The notes beneath the pieces are model-generated. The model saw only the letters and a list, made by a program, of their open reading frames with translations. It was not told the origin of the DNA and searched no databases. Positions 1 through 12,642 of a DNA stretch of 64,000 bases are shown here, piece after piece. Within the stretch, counting starts at the first letter, position 1. Each line of letters starts with the position of its first letter. The translations under genes were made by a program, and so were the position numbers. The stretch comes from Marsupella aquatica. Taxonomy: Eukaryota; Plantae; Marchantiophyta. Where the stretch lies: NCBI GenBank assembly GCA_973895155.1, contig OZ316896.1, positions 13,755,442 through 13,819,441 on the forward strand, read 5' to 3'.

Positions 1-2286
1 GTACCAACACTACTCTTAATGGGGTGGTTTGAAACCCTCATCGATAAGCAACTTAATATACCACCTTGATTTGAGTAGGAAAGTAACTTGGGTGTACTAC
101 TTATGATTAAGTGCATATTTCTAAACACATGCCCAAACTACTACAAAAAGGGGATAGATGTAACTTCTATTATCACCCATTGTTCTTTGAGGCAACTTGC
201 ACTGAAGTGGCATTGTTAGAGCTGGTGAACACCACAAAGAATTAGGTGCATTTTTCCAACTGAGGCGGGCGTATGGAATCTCTAAGCAGATTATGGCCTT
301 CTTTTCATACTAATTTAAACAATGTTTATAATAACATATAGGTTTAGGTTGTATGACATAAAGCCCTTCTTTGGAGGGGCATTATATCCCACAATCCCAT
401 ATCCAACACATTAGGGTGAGTCAAATTCGATGAGTTTTAATTTTGGCCGTCCTTGTAGAGGGTATGACCATTACGGCGTGGCCAAATTGAAAGCCATCGG
501 TAGTAATATTGAAGCTTAGAGACATGGAGTTATGAAAAATGTAAAAGCTTGTGTCAAGTTTCTTTTTTATGAATTAAGCCTTGATTGAAGGCCATCCAAA
601 AATCCTGGGTTATCACACCCTACCCCCATGCCTATGGTTCAGATCACCTAATACCCTCGCTAATACCCAAGGGCAACCTATTATCGTTCGATGTCAACTG
701 TAAGTTTCCCGCGGACGGTGCTGTTTTACGCGCCCTAGGTTTTGGATACCATTTACACGGAGAATCATCGAGTAAGCTGCCAATGTTTTGGTTTTCAGCA
801 TTGTGCAAAGAAGATACCGTCGGGGCGAGAGACTTTGTGCAGTGTGAGGCACTGTGTTTTCCGCACCAGAGCTTTCAAAGTAGGGTTGTCGATTGATGTT
901 TGCGGATTTGGTGACGGGGAGTGCGGAGCTGCAATTTGTGGGAGCGAGTTGCGGTGTGCGTAGGCTTTGACATTTTGAGAAGGGAGCTGAAAATCCTCTG
1001 TTGTTCGGCGTCAGTGTGGAAGGGAGCTGAAATCACAAGGTGAGATGCTGACCCGAGCGCAAGTGTTCAACCTTTCTTGAATCGACATTGGGAGGTGTTA
1101 GGATTTTCTGAAGAAACCCGCAAGTGTTCAACCATTACACTGCATTGGCAATGCAATAGAGGTTTGCTACAAGCTTTGACCTGCTCAGCTGAATTTGCAA
1201 TGCTATTATGAGCCTTTAGTGACTTGAACTGAGCCAACACCTATTGGTTTGCTTTTCGTTGCGCTGCAAGGTTAGCGGATTTGTGGATTGTAGTGTGCCT
1301 ACTGTCATTGCGCACCGATTGAGTTGCTTTCATTTGCATTGAGATTGAGATTGAGATTGAGATTGACCTACGCTGACATTGCTGCATTGGGCATCTGTGA
1401 GATGCGACTTGCAGTGTGAGGCGCAGCAACCTCAGTTTGAGGCTCAGGCGACTTGACATGCGACTTGCAGCAGTTTTAGGAGGCGCAGCAAGATCAGTTT
1501 TAGGAGGCGCAGCAAGATCAGTTTCAAGAGGTGACTTGAGATGCGACTTGCTGCTGCTGATCAAGTTTGAGACTTAACAGTGAGTTTAAATTCTGTTGCA
1601 ACCTTTGAGTTGGGCTACATTTGTAATGCTGCAAGGTTTGAGGTGACTTGTACTCAATTGAAGCCTGCCAACTGCTACGATGGTCAGTTCACTTGCACTG
1701 CAAATTGCTATGAGTTTTACTAGCTACAACTTAATTAAAATTTGTTATATAGGTGTTTGAGTGATCAGTGATTGATTGACTTGCGATGCTCACGCAAAAT
1801 GCAGTACCATAGACAGATTGGCCGTAGTAAGTTAATGTCGATTTGGCCCAGACTTCAAAGCTTTGTGATGAATTTCATGATTCCGGCATCCCAGGCAAAG
1901 GGCGGCAGCGGAACAATGCTCCAAATCCAATCTTGCCTGATCACTTGAGTCCATAATGGACCTGACGAGAGTCTCACCTCATCTCCTAAGAAAAAAAGTG
2001 TAGTATACAGCAATCCTATTCTCATGTTTTAGCTCTATCTTTCTATAATATTGCACTACTAATCATGTATGATATTTGGTTGGCTGGCATGGATTCACAA
2101 TCAGAAAAGAAATGATCTACATCACATTGAAGAGCTTCCCACATGAGTTTTTCTCATTCAACCTTGGAGCAAGTACGCGGAGCGCCATGCAGTGAAGAAA
2201 GCCTGTGCTATTTGGCTCAGTCTTTGTGGACAGTAGGTGAGTCTTGGGATTCACTAGTAGGATCATAGTTAAGAAAGAAAGTACCA

Positions 2287-5200
2287 ATGGATACTCACAT
2301 CAATTTTTGTCAAATTCAAGGGTTGAGAAACCTGACAAGGAGCCCGGATGGCTTACTTCGACGAGATGATAAGCTATGGCGGCGCCAGGTTGCAGAGTGT
2401 AGAGCAGTCGGGACAACAAAGATAAAGTGTCCCTGCTTTGTTTGTAATTGTAGAGGTAATAGAGTCAAACTTGCTACCGTGAGAAAACACTTAATTGCCC
2501 ATTCACGACACCCATCCCAAAGGCGCTGGTGGGGAGATGAGTATGATTCGTCTGATGAAGAATGGAATGCAGGGGTATGTGATGGGACTACTAACTTACG
2601 GGATAGGGCAAGAGGTAACTTCAGTGTAGAGCCAACTGCAGAGGGAGGTGATCTACATGGTGACCTCCATATCCCTGAGATGTTGCAAGATCTAGCTGGG
2701 CAGGGAATTTCCAATCCTGGCCCAACTATTGTAGAAGACCTGGGACCAGATGAAAATGTAGAGGAAGATAGAGAGGATCAATTCAACTTGGATGATCTTC
2801 TTTCAGACATCAATGTTGCACCTGAAGAGCCAACACCAATGGTGTGGGATCAAGAATCAGAACAGAGAATGATGGACGCGTTTACAGAAGCATGTTCACC
2901 TCTATATGAGGGATCTAATACTTCTCAATTGTCGTTTGTGTTGACATTTCTCAACACTTGCCACAACCATGGCTTTACCAACTCAGGCGTAAATGAGCTT
3001 CTTTCCTTGATGGCCAAACATCTGATGCCATCTACGCACTTACTTCCCAAGAACCTGTATGCATGCAAAAAACTCATTAGTTATGCAGGCTTGGATTATG
3101 TGAAAATTCATGCATGTGAGGATGGATGTGCATTATTCAGAAAGGAGCATTCAAACTTGGAGCACTGTCCAGAGTGTAAAAAACCCAGATACAAGCAGGT
3201 TGGAAAATCCAAGCAACCAGTAAAAGTACTGCGGCATTTTCCGCTCATACCTAGGCTAAGACGAATGTACAGGTGCAAGGCCATTTCTAAACTTATGACA
3301 TGGCATGGAGACAATAAGAGCACCGATGGGAAGGTTCGCCATGTTGCTGATTCAAAGGCTTGGAAAGAGATAGAGGTTGGGATTGATAGAACTTTTGAAC
3401 TAGAGCCTCGCAATGTCCATCTTGGATTAGCCTTAGATGGGGTTAATCCCTTTGGTGAGAATAATTTGAAGCATTCAACATGGCCGGTTGTATTGCTAAA
3501 TTATAATTTACCACCTTGGTTGTCAACAAAAAAGTTTTTCATCATGCTATCTTTGCTAATTCCAGGACCTGAAAGTGTGACTGATCGAAACATTGACATT
3601 TACTTGGCTCCATTGTTAGAGGAGTTAATCGAGCTATGGAAGGGAGTAAGGTGCTTTGATTCGCTAGATAGGCCTGGCAGGCAACAGTGGTTTAATCTTA
3701 GGGCTATTTTGCTGTGGACTATCAATGACTATCCAGCCTTAGGCTTGATATCAGGTCAGGTGACAAAAGGTTACCATGGATGTGTAGTCTGCGGACCTCA
3801 TGTGACTGTTAGAAGGTCTGGGTCCCTTTCAAAGTGTGTGTATCCTGGTAGTCGAAGGTGGCTGGAAGAGAATCATAGGTATCGTACCCACAGTTATGCA
3901 ACCAAGTTTGATGGGAAGTGTGAGACACGTGGTCCTCCCCCAAGGATGACATGCACTGAAAAATTGACTTATGCTGCTGAAGTTGTTGAGTTTTTGAAAA
4001 CCAATGGGGTTGTTCAAGGTCGCAAGAATTGCCCATCAAAACTACATGGAGTGAAGAGGAGACAAAGTCTTGCAGAGCTGCCATACTGGAAGGTGAGGTA
4101 GTATTTCAATTTACTGTTCAATTCAATTAATCACTTTGATTGTTTAACCTATAATTTCTTTCAAGTTTGTGGCCAGTCAGAGTATTGTGTTGCAACACGT
4201 TTAAACCATAGCATGCAATTCAATCAACTACTGAGCAAGGGAAACTAATGCTGGGTCTTTGTGTGCAGAAATTATTGATCAACCATGTGCTTGATCCGAT
4301 GCACACAGAGAAAAACATAGCACAGAACTTGATCCAGACTTGTTGTGGGAAAAAAGATACTGCAGCTGTTCAAAATGACATGGAGGCAGAAGGTGTTCAT
4401 GAACAGCTTTGGATGAAGCCGCATCCAAACCAAAAGAAGGACCACTTTGTGAAACCAAAGGCGCCCTATGTCATGAGCAAACAAGAGTTACAACAGTTTC
4501 TTCTTACTCTGAAGAATTTGAAATATCCAACTGACTTCGGTAGCTCCTTAGCAAAATGTGTTAGAGAGAGCAACAAGTTGGCAGGGTTGAAGTCTCATGA
4601 CTACCATTGTCTAATGCAGCAAATTCTACCTTTGGCATTGAAGGACCTCATGGCTACAGGACCTCGACTAGCTATTGTGAGTGTTTGTCGCATCTGGCGC
4701 AAAGTTTGCTGCAAGGTGTGGGACCCTGCCACAAAAGATGAACTAATGAAAGACGTGGCACATACTTTGTGTGCTTTGGAGATGCATTTCCCAGCATCCC
4801 TGTTTGATGTCATGACGCATCTTATGATTCACATAGTTGAGGAGCTAGATATATGTGGGTCTGTTTCTCAGCGATGGATGTATCCCATCGAGCGTTACTT
4901 AAAAAATCTGAAGGGGTTTGTGAGGAATAGGGCACGTCCAGAGGCATCAATGGCTGAAGGCTACATTCTAGAGGAGGCATTAGGATTTGTTACTGAGTAT
5001 ATGGTTGATTGCCAAGCTACTCAAAGACGTATTTGGGATTCTGAAGAGGAGGAGGGTGTGAAAGGTGTGATGCTTGAAGGGGCCTCATCTAAAGTGTTGT
5101 TAAGTGTTGAGGATCGAGATGCTGCTCATAAATATTACTTACAAAATAATGTGTTGGTAGCACCCTGGTTGAGGTAAGTACTGAAATATTTAAATTGTAG

Positions 5201-6266
5201 AGAGAGTTTTTTCTTTCATTAGGAACAACGTACTTGCAACTTGTCAGTTTTAGGTGATGTTCCTGTGATTTGGTTGTGTAGTTGAAATACTAGCTTGTTG
5301 ACCCTTTCACTTGGCTTTTTCAGGTTGTATGAGGCTGAAGAGGAGGAACTAAGGAGAGCAAGAGAAGCATTTGTAGTACGCTATAATGAGACACGACTTC
5401 CACGCAGTAGCAGAACAGTGTCCCTTCCACCTGAACTTGCCTCAATTCCATTTGGAACCTGGTTCAGGGATCAGATTCACGGAGCTAACTTAGAGGAAAA
5501 CGACGCTAGAATACTATTGACTGCAATCTCATTTCCTCCAAACCAAAGGGCTCTCACTTATAATTCAATGAAGGCTTACGGTAACCATTATAGGGTAATG
5601 CGCTGTAAGGATAGAGATGGTCAATGGCGTGAACTCTCCCAACTTAGGAGCACTGACTCGCAGGGCTATGCTACATTTGACTCTGGTGTTGCTACAACAT
5701 TTCATGAGGAAAGGACAGGCCAAACAGGGGTGAATCTGGCTAAGCTAACTTATGTGGGGGTTTTGACTCAAATACTTGTGCTAGACTATGGCCCTTTACT
5801 TCGTTATGACCTTGTAATTATCCTAAAGGCAAAATGGGTGCGGTCTAATTGGGGACCAGAGAATAGAAATCCATCTATGAAACATGATGAGACGGGTCTT
5901 TGGCTAGCCAATTTTAATATGCCTTATCCTTCAGCAAAGAAGCTAGACTATGTTCTACCGAATCAAATTGAACAGGTTTTCTTCTATCCAAATGAGGCCA
6001 AGGTCTCTTGGAGACATGTGCTTCATAAGGAAGGAAGGTCTCGCAGAGTAGTTGAGGGTATAGAAGATCTGGAATACAATGATCTTAGACCTCGTCATGA
6101 GGCAGTCGAAGCTGGGCTTGTTGCTGCGGCTAACGTGGTTGTGCCTTTAGAGGATGGAGAGACCCTAGTTATTGTGCCAGGGGCGGTGCCCATGACAGAT
6201 GATTCAAATGAGGATACTATAGATGATGATACTTGGGAAGATTCTGAGGATTCTGAGGAAGAGTGA
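2287..6266 (+). CDS. CACTA TnpD/TNP2-type transposase (Transposase_21, DUF4218 and DUF4216-like regions), 3 exons 2287-4092, 4269-5173, 5324-6266, ~1217 aa
   Basis: Motifs IKCPCFVC, KIHACEDGCALF...CPEC, HVADSKAW, LALDGVNPF, STWPVV..YNLPPW, DYPA, HVLDPMHTEKN, GLKSHDYH, WMYPIER, YVLPNQIEQVFF. GT-AG introns keep the frame (phase 0, then phase 2) with no stops. Extra 5' exons are possible. Confidence 0.93.
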
Positions 6267-6300
6267 CAAGTGAACTGTTTGTTCCAGTATTTTGATGCAG

Positions 6301-7416
6301 TCGTCATCAGAATCTAAAGGTGATGCAGAAGTTGGACTTCCGAGTGGGAATGCGTATGAGGCTTGGAGAGAGGCTAACATAGCAGCCAACAACGTTTACA
6401 TTAAAGAGAATCTTAGAGATTCAATCATAGCAATTAATAGGTACTAATAAGTCCACTTGAGCTTTTCTTTGAGTATTACTTTGTTGTTTACTTCTATGGA
6501 TCGATCTACACCCCAATGTATACTAATGGTTATTTTATCTTCTTATTACCAGTTGTGTACAAGGAACCTCACTTGGGGGAGAGAAAAAGAGACGTAAGAG
6601 TTCCACCAAGACATCACAAAGTGCAAGTTTATTGCCCCAAAGAAGGAGCTCAAGAAACATCGGGAGACATTTTCCAGATATGGCAGACAATGAGTCAGGA
6701 GGGAGTCAATCGCAAAAATCATCTGCTACAGACTATGAAAATGAAGACAAGCACTATTCTAACTCCCGTTCTAACTCAGAGGATGAGCAACTGGATGAGG
6801 TAAAGGCTAAATTTATTGTATCCCTTGGCCTGCCTTATAAAGGATTCCCAACAAGATTATCCAACCCCTGGCCGTAGAGTATCTGATACTGCATTGAAGA
6901 CAGTAACTTCACCAACGGTTCTCAAGGTGAGTTTTAGCTTATGGTTTAATTTCTCTTTTGCAATCATTTTGTATTGTGCAATATGGTGGGAATGGTGAGA
7001 ACATACAAATTGTTAACCTGTGCAGGATTTATTGGTAATTGAATATGCTAGCATTCTAACCTCACTGAATGATCACTAGTAGTCTTCAACTATCATCATT
7101 TGGCACTACAGATTAATTATTATCCTTAATGATTTTCAATTTGCTTTTGTGACAGTTTAAGATTGGGGATGTGGTTAAATTGAAATCTCCCGTGGATCAG
7201 CGGATTATTGCACTTGCAACAGTGATGGGCATTTGGAAAGAAGATTTCTACTATGACAAGGAGATTCCAATTGGACATTTGATGGTGACTGCTAAGACAG
7301 TGCTTGAACCAGATACACCTCTGCTTGAGAAAGGGCACCCAGAGTCCAAGGTAGAATTCTTGAAGGATGTGGAGAACAAACCCTTTCTGTGGTACCAGAA
7401 GTTAATGAGGAAATAG
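6301..7416 (+). CDS. CACTA accessory gene exons (YE..R.ANI..NN motif plus C-terminal TNP1/Transposase_23-like domain)
   Basis: Exons ~6301-6441 (AYEAWREANIAANNVYIKENL), 6552-6799, ~6843-6926 and 7156-7416 (FKIGDVVKLKSPVDQRIIALATV...PDTPL...PFLW) with GT/AG ends. Start codon not located, and one implied intron is only ~43 nt. Confidence 0.6.
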
Positions 7417-8610
7417 TTACTATGATTGTGCCATTGGAAGCAGTAAGTAAACTGAAAAATCTAGCCCTTTTTGTTATGTTTTTGGAACAATTTGGATTGC
7501 TCAAGGCAGTACATAGCTTTATAGATTGAGGCAGTAGTGAGGGCAGTAGCTCTATAAAATTGAGGCAACTTTACTGCAGGTAGTATGATTTATGGATCCT
7601 CTTCATACAGGAAGATATCAAATGTACTTTTTGTCATGTTTCAAGCTTTTTAGAAGCATTCCACCAATTCTATGAAATGTCTGCTCTGTGAATTGTGCAT
7701 GACTGTTGTATCAAGCTTCCATGGTACAACCTAGCAAGTGGATTGTTGGTAGAATCACTACACAATCAGTCAGGATACACCTTGCAGGACTGAGCACAAA
7801 TCTCAAATGTGTTTACAAAGCCATGACACAAATGACTCTAATTATAGTCATACTCATACTCACAAGTCACTATAGGACCAGTTATTACCCGTGTATTTGA
7901 GAGTTCTAATAGCCATTCAAAAGCAACTTGAAATAAAGTCATACATACCATTCACAAAAGCACTCCTAAATCAGTCATCACATGCGCCTTACTCAGTTGT
8001 AAAAAGTTGTAAACAAGTGACTTCAATTACAGTCATATTGGTCGCTCACAAAAACACTCCAAAACCAGTCATTCACTATATTTATTTGAGTTATAGGAAG
8101 CTGGAAACATTGACTACAATTTGAGTCATACATATCATTCACAAAAGCACTCCAAACAAGTAATTATCCACATCTTTTTCAGTTGTAGAAAGGTATGCAA
8201 AAATAACTCCTAGGTAAGTTGTATATATCATTCACAAAAGCAGCCCGGAACCAGTCATTATTTGCACATTTTTGAGTTTTAAAAAGGTGGGCAAAAATTA
8301 CCCCCAAGAGAGTTATATGTGTCATTCACAAAAGCACTCCACAATTAGTCGTTATCCACATTTGTAAAGGACTCTTGAATTTCAGTTGTTGACTTATACC
8401 ACTATGTGTCTGAAACAACATTTGCACCAATGCAACTTGTCTTTGTGCACTCAAAAGTTCAGTCGTAAATTGTCTGAGTTGACTTGAAATATAGTTATTT
8501 TTGAAGTCATAAAAAACCAGTTTCCTACTAGTGCACCAACATTATGAGGAAACTATAGACATTGGTAATGATTCTGTTTAATAACATTCGTTTTAACTTG
8601 ATCTGGACAG

Positions 8611-10240
8611 GAACATCTGCAACCTCCATCTAAGAGCTTGGCAGATGCAAAAGAAACCCCTACAAAGGTTGGACCTTCCATGAGTGGCATGGTGCAATGT
8701 TACAAAGACCCTGTGACTGGCCAGCTATTTGAATGTAAGTAATTTCAAAGATTTTCAATGTATTTTTCAATGTTGATCTATATGAATGTTGGATTCATAA
8801 CTCCAGTGGTTTGCATGTGTATAGTGGTGGTTCCATCAACATCGATTGGGAAATCTGGACACTCTGCAGTAGTGACATCCAGTCAGGGTTCAGGTAAGTC
8901 AAATTCAATGAAGCGTCCTCCTATTATATTGTAATATTTCTTGTCCCTCAATTTGCAATTGTGGATGATCAATATTGGATGCTCATTGTGTATGTAGAGG
9001 GAAGAAAGACTGCAACAGAGCAACGCAGGGAATCTAGGCAAGCCAAAAAACAATTCCAGAGAACCGGTAGTGCAAGAAGGGCTGACAATAAGAAGGGAAA
9101 ATTGATAACGGTAAGATTTTCATTGCACATTTCACATTTGTGGCCTACAGTTTGTGTACTCAGAAGCAATTGGGTGTTTGTTTCATTCCCAATGTTGATG
9201 ACTATCATTTGTGGTGTTTTTTTCAGATTCATGACAATGATATTGATGATTCTCATCCTAATAAACCATATTGGATGGAGGAGCTACGTGCCAATGTCTT
9301 GAGGCTTTTTGATGTATCAGAACCTGATTGGAACAAACAAGATCCAAACATAATTGAGGATGTGCAGAAATTGATGAAGGCAGATTGGGAGTATCCAGAT
9401 AAGCAGTCAGTGTCTGACAAGAAATTTATTAGTCACTGCCGGACGTTATTGAAAAGAGAACGTCACAAACTAAATACTTATTGGAAGGATGTATGTAAAC
9501 GTGATCGCTCCAAACCAGGACCTCAATATGTTGACCCATTGAAATGGGCACGACTGGTGGATCATTTTGATAGTCCTGCTTTGCTTGCAAGGAGTACTGT
9601 GATGAAAGCAAGGAGGGCAGAAGTGGTGAACAAAGAGCATTTTGGAAGAGGAGGGGCTGCTGGAGCAGAAAAAAGATTGGTAAGAATCTTCAGATGGTCC
9701 ATCTCATTGCAGGTCTAGACTGTCATTTGAATTGAAGTGTTTATCTAGTATAGGAATAAACAATGACATGATGAGTTCTCATTAATATTCCAATTGCTTT
9801 GAATGTGATTATGTGTTTCCAGAAAGCAAAAGGAATGACGAGCCCTGTTATATCAAAACTTGTGTCTAGTAGTCCAGTCCCCCCAGTGCAGATCAGTCCA
9901 TCTATGGGCAGTGGTGAACATCGAGGCAGTAGTTTTGTTGGAATTGGATCTGCACATGGATCAGCGGTATGTAATGAAAACCTGTGTATATATTCAATTT
10001 TGATTATCAGTTATCCATGATGTTCAAATTATCATTCATGATTGACATTGTATGGTGTGTTTGTGTATGTAGACTCCACTGTCCAGGAAAACTACAATTG
10101 AGGAACCAGCTCGATTACTCAAGCTTGAACAATCTGTGGAGAATTTAACCAAGCTTGAATTCAAAGTGGACAATTTGACATCTATGATGGGCCTCATTCA
10201 CAATTGGAGGACCCAAAAGGAACGTCACACTCAGAAGTGA
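8611..10240 (+). CDS. CACTA TnpA-like (Ptta/En/Spm-type) protein, 3' exons
   Basis: Exons ~8611-8733, 8825-8893, 8999-9110, 9227-9679, 9823-9967 and 10073-10240. The 9227 exon encodes RERHKLNTYW...PQYVDPLKWARLVDHFDS...KARRAEV..EHFGRGG, typical of Ptta/En/Spm. The last exon is coiled-coil-like and ends in TGA. 5' end not identified. Confidence 0.7.
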
Positions 10241-10858
10241 TCATAGTTTATTATGCTTTAGGACATCATTTGTAAGGTGTAATGAGATGATATGCAAAAT
10301 TTGATGTACTATACTTAATAAACATCCTGTAGGTTGGTAACATTAATTAAACTATCTAGCATTTGAGACTTTGAAGCTTTCCTTATATGTCTTTCAAAGA
10401 TCGATAAAAGGACTTGTCACGCAATGAGTCACATCATTTCAGGACTTGAAAGGACTCTAAAACTTGCATTTTAGATAATGAAATTTTACCAAGGCATGCA
10501 TACTAGTAGAATAATCTTATATTTTAAAACTCAAACATTGACACACACTAAACTTTTATGTACAGGACAAGAATAATCAGTAATTTTGGTTTATTTAGGG
10601 CCATCAATAATATGATCCCTTAAAAAAGTTAAAAACTTGATTTATCTACATGGTGAGGTAGGTTACACCATGTAAAATAGTCTTGTGAAAAAATTAGACT
10701 TAAATGTCTTGAGATAAAATCATGATGAAGTTTTTTTCATGTTATGAAAGTCATTTTTCACTAAAAAAGCATGTTTTTGAGTCCTGAAAGTGGTTCCTGT
10801 GAGGTACACCCAATTGTGAATGAGACCGATGACTTCTTTCATTGCACAAAATCAACAG

Positions 10859-11735
10859 AATCAGTTCCATATGCAATTATCAAATGCAATTGCTACTAAG
10901 GTGGTGGTTGAGCCTAAAGGTAGTAGTAGGAAACGTTCTCTTACTTTCTCAGGTGATGGTGATGGTAAGAACATACAAACTTATACTCTAAACATGTTAC
11001 ATATGCAATAGTTTATTTTTCAATTTAGAATGAAGTTTTCTAAGCATTCATTGTTTGGTTTTGTGGTAGCTTCTTCAGGGGAGAATCCTGTATCACAGCG
11101 AGAGAAATCAGATACTTTAACAAGGCAGAAGCCAAAGCCAAGTATGGGAGAAGAAAATTTGGGAGCACTACAGGAACCTTGCATTGTACAAAGCAGTATT
11201 GGTAATGGTGAGAGCGATGAGATTGCTGTCACAGATGAACAGATAATGTCAAATGCAATTCAGGAACAAGAGGCTACACCACCTAGGCCTTCAAAGAGAT
11301 TCAAGAAATCAACCCCTATCACTATCTCACCTAGTGAACGAGTACCAGTTCTCTCCCCAAATCCAGCAGCAAAGGTGAATTTGTTTTCAGTTGGCTTATG
11401 TTCTTAAATTGATGATATGCCCAAATCAGTATTACAAGACAATATTTTTTCCTAACAATTTTGTGTGGCAGTTTTCAAAAGGAGATGCTGTAGAAGTACG
11501 AAGCGTTGTGGATCGCTCTACAGTTGTTGCTAGAGGTGAAGTGACAGGGTTACCAGGAGAGGATAAATTTCATTGTGTCATGATTGAGAGTCCTTGGGTG
11601 CGAGTATTAGTTAAGGCAGTGTATTGTGGTGATGCAGCATTGCCAATGCCCAACAAAGAAGAGAAACAACTCTGCTTACGGAATGTGTTAGGAATGAATA
11701 CATTGTGGAATGCTAGGTTTCTTCGGAAGTGTTGA
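10859..11735 (+). CDS. CACTA TNP1/Transposase_23-like C-terminal domain exons
   Basis: Exons ~10859-10964, ~11070-11374 and 11472-11735. The last encodes FSKGDAVEVRSVVDRSTVVARGEV...FHCVMIESPWVRVLV..GDAALPMP...LRNVLGMNTLW, homologous to 7156-7416. Confidence 0.65.
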
Positions 11736-12021
11736 ACATTTTCTCTGATCATGTAGAACAAAGAATTTTTGAATATTTTGGTTATCATTATTTCACTCAT
11801 GCGAGTGAAAAATGTGTACTTTCTATCACTTCATCATAAAGACTTATGTTTTTTCAATTGTTCTATACTAGAGCTTGTGAATGTTGGAATGTGAATTTCT
11901 GAATACAATGATGATGCGCAAAGTGATGTCTTTGTTTAGGGTTTTAAGTGGATTCATTGTATGTGATTTTGAATACAACTATGAGCTCTTCTTAGATACA
12001 TCCCAAATGACATTACTTAAA

Positions 12022-12300
12022 AACACCCTATATGACACCCTCAATGACACCATGTATGACACCCTCAATGACACCATATATGACACCCTCAATGACACCA
12101 TGTATGACACCCTTAATGACACCATATATGACACCCTCAATGACACCCTCAATGATACCATGTATGACACTATGTATGACATCCTCAATGATACCCTGTA
12201 TGACACCCTCAATGATACCTTGTATGACACCTTGTATGACATTTTTAATGACACCCTGTACGACACCTTCAATGACACACTAAATGACATCTTAAATGAT
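12022..12300 (+). repeat. 12-bp tandem array (watgacaccctc/watgacaccatg, ~23 units, 24-bp higher-order period) in the CACTA subterminal region
   Basis: Directly visible tatgacaccctc aatgacaccatg repeats, ending ~340 bp inside the right TIR. Confidence 0.9.
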
Positions 12301-12642
12301 TTATTATTGTGTCATTTATGACATGTCTGAAATGACATATAATGACAACCGTGCGTAGTTGCCACGTGTTGTAATATGATTTGTTTAAATATGTGTCATT
12401 AAAGACATACCTAAATGACTGACGGCCGTTCATTCAGTCATTTAGGACAACCTGTCATTTCAGAAATATTGTGTCATTTAGGACTACCATAAATGACTGG
12501 TGAGAGTTTTAGTCATTTATCTTAATTGACTGTCCTAAAAGACGAGGCAGGTATGACAGAAAAGCTCTAGTCATATATTGGTACATATGACTCGTTTTTC
12601 AGTCCTCATTCTAGTCATTAAGGACACTATTTTCCACTAGTG

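Larger units (their letters stand above)
1..8533 (+). mobile_element. CACTA (En/Spm) DNA transposon 'B'; left end not seen in window, right TIR ends at 8533
   Basis: Contains the spliced transposase. 8505-8533 reverse-complements to CACTAGTAGGAAACTGGTTTTTTATGAC and is preceded by dispersed subterminal repeats (cattcacaaaagcactcc and agtcat motifs, ~7830-8520). Left boundary unresolved. Confidence 0.75.
8534..12642 (+). mobile_element. 3' portion of a second CACTA element 'A'; right TIR ends at 12642
   Basis: 12622-12642 reverse-complements to CACTAGTGGAAAATAGTGTCC. Dense atgac/gtcat subterminal motifs at 12005-12620. Carries En/Spm TnpA-like exons. Confidence 0.85.

Noticed and set aside
139-165. 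tactacaaaaagggg as a CACTA left end
   Set aside because: First base is not C and it matches none of the three right TIRs.
2252-2268. cactagtagga as left TIR partner of the 8533 end (also cactagtag at 7074)
   Set aside because: Only 9-11 bp match, no matching 3-bp TSD, no subterminal repeat field after it.
12022-12300. CRISPR-like regular repeats (also 39230-40030 and 61660-62560)
   Set aside because: Head-to-tail repeats without unique spacers, no cas genes, eukaryotic context.
11881-12321. ORFs with YDTLNDTM / MTPSMTPC / SLRVSYMV repeats
   Set aside because: By-product of the stop-free 12-bp subterminal array; open in several frames on both strands.
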